From a virus (taxonomy: Duplodnaviria; Caudoviricetes), in the IMG/VR virus record IMGVR_UViG_3300027744_000020, positions 1 to 61,390 of that record: a stretch of DNA of 61,390 nt. One strand, 5' to 3'. This document shows positions 18,866 to 26,191 of this stretch, in pieces; position 1 is the first letter of the stretch, and each line of letters opens with the position of its first letter. A model generated the notes under the pieces. It was not told where the DNA came from and made no database searches. It saw only the letters and a list, made by a program, of their open reading frames with translations. The position numbers were made by a program, and so were the translations under genes.

Positions 18866-19444
18866 TTAACAAATCTTTCCGCGTGTTTTGCCTTTAGTGG
18901 CGATGCCATCTGCGCGACTGGAAGCAGACGACCCTTTGGACACCATACCGCCAGACTTATATGAACTTTGTTTAGCCATACGTCTACGAGCATCAGCCGC
19001 TCTAGCGGCGCGAGACGATACCGCAAGCGCATCAGTTTTTTGTGCACTCAACTCTTCGGGGGTATCTTGAGCAAATTGTTTTGTTTTTGCTTCGCGCTTT
19101 ACTGCGCTGGATAGTCCACGAAGCTGATCGGATCTGACGCTAGGATTTGCTGGAGTACTAGGAGTGCGAGTAGTTGTGGCCGTTTTAGATTTAGCCACAG
19201 AACGAATGCCATCGTCTGTTGCGTCGCCTACACCTTGCATCGGGGTCTGGTTGTTACGACCAGTATATGAGCTTCCGTGCGTTACTACGTCGTTTGTTGC
19301 ATCTCCCACACCTTGCATCGGAGTCATGTTGCTAGAGGGTGCGTAAGAACTTGTCTTTTGCTCGCCCGCGTCGTCTTTATTCCGCATGGCATAAGCAAGA
19401 CCCGCGAGTCCTGCCAATGCTGCTAAGTTTCTTGCTTTTGCCAT
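18866..19444 (-). CDS. Low-complexity basic protein with C-terminal ADG..KGKTRG motif
   Basis: Internal duplication TPMQGVGDAT x2. Ends YKSGG...SASSRADGIATKGKTRGKIC. Confidence 0.75.
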   Translation of the reverse strand: MAKARNLAALAGLAGLAYAMRNKDDAGEQKTSSYAPSSNMTPMQGVGDATNDVVTHGSSYTGRNNQTPMQGVGDATDDGIRSVAKSKTATTTRTPSTPANPSVRSDQLRGLSSAVKREAKTKQFAQDTPEELSAQKTDALAVSSRAARAADARRRMAKQSSYKSGGMVSKGSSASSRADGIATKGKTRGKIC

Positions 19445-19456
19445 GACTAACCCCTT

Positions 19457-19822
19457 TTAGCAGCTTTTGCCGCCCTTGTTCATTTTGACCATCTTACCTT
19501 TGGTTTTACCCTTGGCTTCAATGCCGCCACCTTTAGCCATCTTCATGCCGTCTTTGGCGGTGTCCATGCCTTTTTTCATCACAGGCTTGCCCATCTTAGA
19601 AGGCGTCTCTGATTTGGCTCCAGCTTTTTTCTTAGCTATCATTGCCATAAAACCGGGGTTCATTTTCGTTGCCATATCACCACCTCTTTTAAAAGTTTTG
19701 CCTTTATCGGCGTTTGAAAAATCTTTGCCCACGGACTGTGGGACTCCTACCTTCTTAGCAAACGCTGGATTGTTGGCCACCGCTGCCATGAAATTGTGTT
19801 GCTTCTTACTCTTGCTCGGCAT
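19457..19822 (-). CDS. Small Lys-rich late protein
   Basis: Start moved to ATG 19822 (MPSKSKKQHNFMAAVA). Contains FKRGG, MAKGG, KGKTKG and MNKGG. Confidence 0.75.
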   Translation of the reverse strand: MPSKSKKQHNFMAAVANNPAFAKKVGVPQSVGKDFSNADKGKTFKRGGDMATKMNPGFMAMIAKKKAGAKSETPSKMGKPVMKKGMDTAKDGMKMAKGGGIEAKGKTKGKMVKMNKGGKSC

Positions 19823-20006
19823 CGCTGCCTTCCTTGCGACCCATGAGTCGTTTAACTGTATCTGTTTCGTAGATACGGATTGCCACCCAAACAATACTGA
19901 GAAGCGCGGAGACGGCTGGTAAGAATTCCACGAGTGTTCCAATAACAGTAAGTATTGAAGCACCATCCAACATTTGCTTCAGAGTTTCTTGGTTTTGTGC
20001 GTCCAT
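19806..20006 (-). CDS. Small membrane protein (holin-like)
   Basis: 66 aa with a long hydrophobic segment followed by IRIYET. Confidence 0.6.
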   Translation of the reverse strand: MDAQNQETLKQMLDGASILTVIGTLVEFLPAVSALLSIVWVAIRIYETDTVKRLMGRKEGSDAEQE

Positions 20007-20013
20007 GATTACC

Positions 20014-20271
20014 TCAACATTTCCATCTTGCTAGAGAAGCCGCCTTGCGGGTGGGCTTGCCTTTTTCATCTTTCATTGGGCCGGGCATACCAGACATACG
20101 AGCGCAAAATGACTTCTTACGTGCGCCGCCTTGTGGCTGCGGAGCCTTCAGATTGCTTCCTGTTGCTGCGTTGTACTTGGCACGACCTTTGGCAGTCAAA
20201 CCCGCTCCCTTGGAAGCAGGTAGCTTTTCACCACGACCGACCGAGAGAACGGGGCCTTTTTTCTTAGCCAT
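20014..20271 (-). CDS. Small basic protein (DUF6321-like)
   Basis: GLTAKGRAKYN...RKKSFCARMSG...SLARWKC. Confidence 0.7.
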   Translation of the reverse strand: MAKKKGPVLSVGRGEKLPASKGAGLTAKGRAKYNAATGSNLKAPQPQGGARKKSFCARMSGMPGPMKDEKGKPTRKAASLARWKC

Positions 20272-20554
20272 AAAATGTCGTCACTTTAGCTGCATTGGGG
20301 GCCGTGCCGGGTAGCGTTACATGAATGTCTGTCGCGAACAAAATGCCTTCGCCGGGAATGAGCAATGAAATGGGTTGTGTACCTGTACCAATATTAAATT
20401 GCAAGCGAATCGTGCCAGAAGCACCCCCGTCTCGAAAAATAATATCCCCCGCTGTTCCACCAGAAATGCAATGATATGCCTTGAGGCGGTTGCGCCCAGA
20501 TACCACTGTACCTGTCGCTTCTACGTGCGCGGCTTTTACGTCTGTCTGCATCAT
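20264..20554 (-). CDS. Small beta-rich virion protein
   Basis: MQTDVK...IPGEGILF.TDIH...TTFYG. Confidence 0.7.
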   Translation of the reverse strand: MMQTDVKAAHVEATGTVVSGRNRLKAYHCISGGTAGDIIFRDGGASGTIRLQFNIGTGTQPISLLIPGEGILFATDIHVTLPGTAPNAAKVTTFYG

Positions 20555-20721
20555 GATGCTTGCTCCGTTTCTTTATCAGGTTCAGGTGCGTCTAGCCTGT
20601 TTATGAGCATCTTGTACGCTTGGATTGTGGCTTGAGCCTGAGTCAAAAAGGTTTGCGCCTTATGTGCTTCAGTCTCAAGTTCACGAATCTCAGTCTCCAA
20701 GAATTCCTTGGTGATCTGCAT
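20551..20721 (-). CDS. Small coiled-coil protein (56 aa, below ORF-track cutoff)
   Basis: MQITKEFLETEIRELE... fills the gap exactly with TAATG and ATGA overlaps. Confidence 0.7.
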   Translation of the reverse strand: MQITKEFLETEIRELETEAHKAQTFLTQAQATIQAYKMLINRLDAPEPDKETEQAS

Positions 20722-21320
20722 TATGCGAATGTAGCGTAAGCAGGAACGTAATACACAGTGCCGCCAATCATCACTTTGATTGCTTTAGACACAGTAGTTA
20801 CGCTGCTTGCAGTGGGCGCAATCGTAGCGGCAGGGGCTGTTTCAATGTTCATCAACAAAGGAACTTCCCCTGTGTTTGCGCCGCTGTCAGTTACACGAAT
20901 AAACGAAGCTGTGCCGGGCAAAGTAGCGTTAACAGAATAATCTGTATCCAACTGCAAAACAGCCAAAGTGCCGCCCGGAGTAGCTACAGAACCCCCCAAG
21001 GTTGCACGAATAGCGTTAGCCGCACCAGAGATTGTGCCGCCTGTGTTGATTGAGGTGGAGATGTGTGCGCCGTTGATTGTGCCGCCTGTAGCAGCATTTG
21101 CACCCGTAACTCGGGTTAAAGCACGAAAAGTTTCGCCTGAACCCGTAGAGGTAAAGGTCAATCGGTTGTACGACAGGCGTGTATCGCCCGTGGTAGCTGA
21201 AGTCGTAGCGTAAGACTCGGATACGTTGCCAGCAGTTGTTTCGACAATGGGGTTAGTGGATGTGCCGCCGATAAAACCGTTGAGAGAAGAGACTGGGCCG
21301 GAGAATGTGGTCAATGCCAT
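20721..21320 (-). CDS. Capsid-associated fibre/decoration-like protein
   Basis: MALTTFSGPVSS.NGF N-terminus, Thr/Gly-rich, TAAGGA SD. Confidence 0.65.
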   Translation of the reverse strand: MALTTFSGPVSSLNGFIGGTSTNPIVETTAGNVSESYATTSATTGDTRLSYNRLTFTSTGSGETFRALTRVTGANAATGGTINGAHISTSINTGGTISGAANAIRATLGGSVATPGGTLAVLQLDTDYSVNATLPGTASFIRVTDSGANTGEVPLLMNIETAPAATIAPTASSVTTVSKAIKVMIGGTVYYVPAYATFA

Positions 21321-21332
21321 GATTTTTTCCTT

Positions 21333-21400
21333 ACATGCAAGTTAGGCGTATCTGTCTGCATGTCGTCAGCCGGGACTGTCAGATACACCGGAAAGCCCGG
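21333..21400 (-). ncRNA. Structured kissing-loop RNA, probably the Mu-gpT-DE motif
   Basis: Two hairpins whose loops share 10 bp of complementarity (GGUGUAUCUG/CAGAUACGCC), downstream of a gpT-like capsid gene. Family assignment is from position and recall only. Confidence 0.65.
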
Positions 21401-21409
21401 AATGGTTGC

Positions 21410-21437
21410 AATATACACGATCTATGTAGAATGTCAA
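21410..21437 (-). promoter_or_regulatory. sigma70 promoter driving the structured RNA and downstream late genes
   Basis: TTGACA-16 bp-TATATT just upstream of the RNA 5' stem. Confidence 0.6.
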
Positions 21438-21438
21438 T

Positions 21439-21831
21439 ATGCCGTACAAAGACCCGATCAAAAGAAAAGAAAAGCAACAGGAGTATGCCAAGAAGCATTA
21501 CGCCAACAATACGCAAAAGGTCAAAGACGCTACCAAAAAATCAAACGGTACATTTAAGTTGAAATGGAAAGAATTTAAAGCTACTTTGTCGTGCCTTGAA
21601 TGTGGGGCTAACCATCCGGCAGTTTTGGATTTTCACCACATAGATCCGGAAATGAAGAACGCCAGCGTACACGCACTTGTAAAAGCTAAAAGTTACAAAA
21701 AGGCACTGGAAGAAATACAACAATGCATAGTGTTGTGTTCAAACTGCCATAGGGTTTATCACTATAACGAACGCCACGCAGAAAAAAAGGGGGCCGAGGC
21801 CCCCACTGAAATCACTCTTCCACGCGAGTAA
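21439..21831 (+). CDS. HNH endonuclease
   Basis: CLECG...LDFHHID...C..LCSNCHRVYH. Confidence 0.85.
   Translation: MPYKDPIKRKEKQQEYAKKHYANNTQKVKDATKKSNGTFKLKWKEFKATLSCLECGANHPAVLDFHHIDPEMKNASVHALVKAKSYKKALEEIQQCIVLCSNCHRVYHYNERHAEKKGAEAPTEITLPRE
21782..21804 (-). terminator. Rho-independent terminator
   Basis: GGGGGC-CUCG-GCCCCC followed by U7, right after the acidic gene. Confidence 0.8.
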
Positions 21832-22198
21832 TAACGTAGTGCGTTACTGTGCTGGGTTCCTCAGCCTCGTCTTCTGACTCGTCTTCGTCTTCGTCTTCGT
21901 ACTCAAGGTACTCAAACCAGTCATCAGACTCTTCGTCGTACACATACCATGTGTCGAGGTCTTCGTCGTACCAATACCAAGCGTCGGTCTCTTCATCGTA
22001 AACGTACTCTTCGTCTTCGTCATCTTGATTGGCAAGAAACTCGTCGGTAACGTCATAGTCAACAGCCCAGCCGTAGGCTTGTTGGAACTCAATAAACTCT
22101 TGGATGATCTGTGCTTTTTCAAAGTCGCTAGTTTCAATGGTCACAACTTCGTCTTCCAAAAAATCCCAATCGCCAATTTTAATTTCTACCTTGTACAT
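21812..22198 (-). CDS. Highly acidic aromatic-repeat protein (moron-like)
   Basis: AAGGAG SD, D/E-dominated composition, Y.YDE..D.W 10-aa repeats. Confidence 0.75.
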   Translation of the reverse strand: MYKVEIKIGDWDFLEDEVVTIETSDFEKAQIIQEFIEFQQAYGWAVDYDVTDEFLANQDDEDEEYVYDEETDAWYWYDEDLDTWYVYDEESDDWFEYLEYEDEDEDESEDEAEEPSTVTHYVITRVEE

Positions 22199-22240
22199 AA
22201 AAGACTCCTTTAATTTGGTGCAGCCCCATGCCGCAAAACA

Positions 22241-22269
22241 ATCCTACGGAGTCTCTATGACTATTGCAA
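22241..22269 (-). promoter_or_regulatory. sigma70 promoter of the acidic gene
   Basis: TTGCAA-17 bp-TAGGAT immediately after the capsid terminator. Confidence 0.55.
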
Positions 22270-22276
22270 GGCTAAT

Positions 22277-22302
22277 AAAAAAGGCCCCCAAAAGGGGGCC
22301 TT
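22277..22302 (-). terminator. Rho-independent terminator after the major capsid gene
   Basis: GGCCCCC-UUUU-GGGGGCC followed by U6. Confidence 0.85.
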
Positions 22303-22327
22303 CATCTGGTTATTTAAAACCAAATTA

Positions 22328-23239
22328 TCATGCTGAACCGGGGGAACCAAACATTCCCAATGGATCAGACCAGCCAAAGCTGTAACGCTCGCGGGCTTTG
22401 TAACGGACGTTGCCGGTATCAAAGTCACCGTCCATGCTGTTAGCAAGGGGTGAACGAACAAAATGCTTCAGACCGTTAGGCACATCAGTAGTCAAATACC
22501 AGCCGTTTGTGTCGGTCAGGTAATGGTTAATGGTGTAGCCTTCGGGGATAGAACCGTTGTTCTTCAACGCATTGATGTCGTTGTCGGCAGTGCCAACACG
22601 GAGGTTGGTTTCCAACAGGCGGGTAGCGACGAACTGCAATGCAGGGGGAACAATCAGCTTCTTGGGCTTGGCGGCGATCAACAAACCACGCTCGTCTGTC
22701 CATGCGGCGATCTGAATAACAGCGTTTTCCAACGAAGTTTCATTCAAGTCAGCAGCAGTGGCGGGACGATTGGAGTTGGTTCCACCAGAAACCAAGGGGT
22801 GAGCAGTGCTAAACAAAGCAACGCCGTCGCCACCGGGATACGCGGCAGAGAAACCGTTGTTCAGAGTAGCAGCAGCTTTAACCTGCTTGGTGTAAGCCAT
22901 AGCACGAGCCAGACCTTTGGTGTAACGAGCAGACAAGCTGTCGTACAAGTTATCTTCAATCGCTTCTTCAGTGATTGAGAAACCCAAAGCAATGGTTTCG
23001 TGGTTATAGCGGGTAGTCCATGCCTCTTGAGCATTGTCATAAGCGATGGCAGAACCTTCGTTTTTGACAGGTGCGGCTGAGAAGCCAGACAGTTTGGTCT
23101 CTTCTTCAAAAGAACGCTCTGAGGTTTCGGTTTCATAAATTTCTTTATGTTCTTCACCATAACGAGCGTACTCCATGCCAAACAAGGCATTCAAGCCGGG
23201 CAAGAGTTCTTTAAGTAGTTGTGCACGTGAAATAGCCAT
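22328..23239 (-). CDS. Major capsid protein (Mu gpT-like, HK97 fold)
   Basis: MAISRAQLLKELLPGLNALFG...GGDGVALFSTAHP...KLIVPPAL...DGDFDTGNVRYKARERYSFGWSD. Strong SD, followed by a terminator. Confidence 0.9.
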   Translation of the reverse strand: MAISRAQLLKELLPGLNALFGMEYARYGEEHKEIYETETSERSFEEETKLSGFSAAPVKNEGSAIAYDNAQEAWTTRYNHETIALGFSITEEAIEDNLYDSLSARYTKGLARAMAYTKQVKAAATLNNGFSAAYPGGDGVALFSTAHPLVSGGTNSNRPATAADLNETSLENAVIQIAAWTDERGLLIAAKPKKLIVPPALQFVATRLLETNLRVGTADNDINALKNNGSIPEGYTINHYLTDTNGWYLTTDVPNGLKHFVRSPLANSMDGDFDTGNVRYKARERYSFGWSDPLGMFGSPGSA

Positions 23240-23251
23240 TTAAATAACTCC

Positions 23252-24085
23252 TTATGCGCCGGTGGCGGAATAGTAACCATGCAAACCTTGGTTCAACTTA
23301 ACCAAGACTTCAGGATACTGAGTGAAAACCACAGTCGATGTGTAAACACCAGAATTCAATGTGAATGTGGCGGCTTGGTTCAGCACAACAGAAGTTGCGC
23401 CTGCTGCGGCTGCTGTATCAACAAAAGAACCTGTCTGTGCAAGCTGACCATTTGTGGTCAACACAGAAACGTCTGTACCAACTGGCAGTGCAAAAGGCAA
23501 AGCACTGACGGTCAAGGTAGTTGTACCTGAACTGTAAGTAACTGTACCCAAATCAACTGCTGTGTCATGCACAACATCAATCACGCGCAAAGGCAGAGTG
23601 GTTGTGACAGGAGTATCGCTAGGAGCCAAAACTGCGTTAGCAGAGTTTCCGGTATTGACATTACCGGTGTTGTTGATAGCTGACACGTTAGTGCCAATCA
23701 TCGCCAAAGCACCAGATGCAACAGCGGTTGTAGCAGAACAAACAACTGCCTTGAACACAGCATCAGGATCATCCGATATGTAGGCTTGGCAATCACCTGC
23801 TGCGGTGCTTGCGGGCCAGTATTGGCTGAACTGCTTTTGCTTAGTTACAGGGTTAGTGAATGTACAGCCCAAGAAAATACCAACGGTCTGGTTCAAACCA
23901 GTGCCGGTAGTAACTGAGGCGCGTGTGGCAAAGCCACGGGACAGAACAACGAAATCACCATAGAAGATGTCGGTTGAGTAACCGTATTGGATGGGGTACA
24001 TACGGGTTGAACCCGCAAATACTTGACCACCAATCAAATTCAATGGTTTTAGCCCGTAAGGGGCGTCAACTACTGGATAAGCCAT
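23252..24085 (-). CDS. Minor capsid/decoration protein
   Basis: APYGLKP...IF.GD.V...GIF.GC.FT.P...DDPD..F, immediately upstream of the capsid gene. Confidence 0.7.
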   Translation of the reverse strand: MAYPVVDAPYGLKPLNLIGGQVFAGSTRMYPIQYGYSTDIFYGDFVVLSRGFATRASVTTGTGLNQTVGIFLGCTFTNPVTKQKQFSQYWPASTAAGDCQAYISDDPDAVFKAVVCSATTAVASGALAMIGTNVSAINNTGNVNTGNSANAVLAPSDTPVTTTLPLRVIDVVHDTAVDLGTVTYSSGTTTLTVSALPFALPVGTDVSVLTTNGQLAQTGSFVDTAAAAGATSVVLNQAATFTLNSGVYTSTVVFTQYPEVLVKLNQGLHGYYSATGA

Positions 24086-24108
24086 TTAAGACTCCTTTTA
24101 AAAAAAAT

Positions 24109-24594
24109 TTATGTACCTGTGCCAAATGTTACTTTGGACGATCTTTCCGCGAATTTTGACATCCGTGGGTCATTGTCTTTCATGTAGGTGTTGTCTACCG
24201 AATCCATTTGTGCTTTGTTTATCTTGGCAAAGTGAGCGTCACGTTGTTGCATAAACTCGGCTGGGATACGGCAAAGTACTAACCCACCAATTTCGATATT
24301 GCCTTTAAAGCGTCCGTCAACGGAAGCGTGCATCATGAGTTCTGGATAGTCTTCTGCTTTGCAGGGTTCATATCCCTCACGGAACTTAGACGAAATGTTT
24401 GATGGATCATTTGTCCCCAGCGTGCTGGTTCTAATCCAACGATGTGACCAACCGGGTCTGTCGTCGGGTGAAGGTAAAGCCTCTGGCGCTTGCCATGATG
24501 TTGGTCGTTGCATAACCTGACGAGTATCCAACGCACGATCTAAGCGAATTTGCGGTTTTCCAGCTTTAGTGACTTCAGTATTTTCCATTTTCAT
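24109..24594 (-). CDS. Conserved head-module protein
   Basis: W..P..LP.P...PG...RWIR.S..G..D..N.....REG.EP...GGL.LC.IP. Confidence 0.7.
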   Translation of the reverse strand: MKMENTEVTKAGKPQIRLDRALDTRQVMQRPTSWQAPEALPSPDDRPGWSHRWIRTSTLGTNDPSNISSKFREGYEPCKAEDYPELMMHASVDGRFKGNIEIGGLVLCRIPAEFMQQRDAHFAKINKAQMDSVDNTYMKDNDPRMSKFAERSSKVTFGTGT

Positions 24595-25583
24595 ATTCCT
24601 TTTCTAAGTAGAGCAACCTGTTTTGCGTATTCTTCGATGGGCACCCCAAGGCGACGCGCAGTGGCGGCTTCTGATGCTTTTAAACGAATACGATTAGGTG
24701 GAGTACTTCGTGAGGCTGGTGCCACAGGCGAAGTATTTCTTGTTGCACGGCGTGGGGTATCTTCATACTCCTCTTCCGGTTCTGACGCCCTTTTCTTAGG
24801 AGGCGGATCGTCTTCCTCGTAGCTCTGTTCACTTTCAAAGTGTTCAGGAAATCTTTTGCGCATCGTTTTGTCGATGGTTTTGAAGTACTCTTCAGTACCT
24901 ACATAGTCCGCACCATACTCTTTTTGTAACTTCCTGTCAATACCCATCGCAGTCATAGTCATTTCTTCATCAACTCCCCACCAATCAGTGTTGGCATCTA
25001 CCCACTTTTTAGTGCGGGGGGTTAACTTAGGTTGTTCTGGCTGTACGGCTTGGAACTCACGTTCTTCAACTTCAATGGGCCTTAATCCAGAAGCTTTGTC
25101 TATCCTAAGAGTAGCTTTAGCAATTTCTGTTTGGGCTTCGGTGATAGCGTCTACATCGCCAGACTCGTAGGCTTCTTTATAGCGTTTCTTTGCGGAATCA
25201 AGCTCTAATTGGGCGGTAGATTGAGACTGCTCAATGTATACTTTGCTTCCATTAGAAAGCTGTTGTTGAAGTTTTTTGTTTTCTTCATAGACTTGTTTGG
25301 CAAAGTTTTCAGCCGCTTCGCGTTCGCGTAGGGCTTCTTCTTTGGCGCGGCGTTCGTCGTGGTAGCCACGGGTGAACTTCTTGATACGCGCTTGAACCTT
25401 CTCGTCATATGTGGATAGTTCGTCTTCGGTTGGATCTTCCACCGGCTCTTTCATGGGCTTGCGGCCACGATCTTGCGCGGGGGTATCGTCTTCAATTTCT
25501 ATCTCAAACTTCTCTTCAGCAGAAGCTTTCTCTGTTTTTTCATCGGGAAACTCATAAGAGTCTTCAAACTTTTGCGTTGCCAT
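24591..25583 (-). CDS. Scaffolding protein
   Basis: Acidic coiled coil, C-terminal A.RLGVP.EEYAK helix, located between portal and capsid genes. Confidence 0.7.
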   Translation of the reverse strand: MATQKFEDSYEFPDEKTEKASAEEKFEIEIEDDTPAQDRGRKPMKEPVEDPTEDELSTYDEKVQARIKKFTRGYHDERRAKEEALREREAAENFAKQVYEENKKLQQQLSNGSKVYIEQSQSTAQLELDSAKKRYKEAYESGDVDAITEAQTEIAKATLRIDKASGLRPIEVEEREFQAVQPEQPKLTPRTKKWVDANTDWWGVDEEMTMTAMGIDRKLQKEYGADYVGTEEYFKTIDKTMRKRFPEHFESEQSYEEDDPPPKKRASEPEEEYEDTPRRATRNTSPVAPASRSTPPNRIRLKASEAATARRLGVPIEEYAKQVALLRKGI

Positions 25584-25593
25584 GTATTACTCC

Positions 25594-26004
25594 TTATGCA
25601 GCACGGGTAATTCCGCGCGGATCTTCCACAACAGCCTCAACCGAATCATCATTAATGATGCGGAATTCGCGGCCATGAATCTTCAGACGGGTGCCTGAAT
25701 TGGGTCGGACAATGACAAAGTCACCTTCCTTGCACGACGGCCCACTAGGGAACCGGGCGGTATCTGTATAGGCATCGGGGCCAAGCTTGACCACAAACAG
25801 TACTGGGGTCAGTACTTCTTCATAGTGCATAGATTGGTTTGATTTGACAATACCAATTTCGCTGTCGGCAAACTCTTCCATCGCCTCTGGTACAACGCAC
25901 AGAAGGTGAAAAGTTTTTGGGTCGGGCAACTGCTTAGCTTTTTCTTCTGCACTCGTATTAAGAATGCCAGACAAATCTACCGCAGCGACATCAAATTCAG
26001 TCAT
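25594..26004 (-). CDS. groES: GroES-like co-chaperonin
   Basis: ATG 26004. VVKLGPDAY...KEGDFV.....SGT...I.G.EFRIINDDSVEAVV Cpn10 pattern. Confidence 0.8.
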   Translation of the reverse strand: MTEFDVAAVDLSGILNTSAEEKAKQLPDPKTFHLLCVVPEAMEEFADSEIGIVKSNQSMHYEEVLTPVLFVVKLGPDAYTDTARFPSGPSCKEGDFVIVRPNSGTRLKIHGREFRIINDDSVEAVVEDPRGITRAA

Positions 26005-26191
26005 CGGAATACTCCATTTTTTTCGCAAGGTCTCTGACAATTTGATCTGCATGAGTTAGACCCCGAATAACTCCGCAGACGTGCCGATACTCGGCGAAAT
26101 CCTTTGCGCCACCGCCATTTAAAAAAATGGCTTGATCCTCGCGTAACTTGTCAATTTCTTTGAGTAGGTATGCAAGCGCTTGTGAATCCAT
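25997..26191 (-). CDS. Small conserved protein after portal
   Basis: G.AKDFAEY...CG.IRGL. Confidence 0.7.
   Translation of the reverse strand: MDSQALAYLLKEIDKLREDQAIFLNGGGAKDFAEYRHVCGVIRGLTHADQIVRDLAKKMEYSDD

Noticed and set aside
21333-21400. Hammerhead ribozyme suggested by CUGACGA
   Set aside because: The following stem is not followed by GAAA and no stem III or cleavage triplet can be drawn
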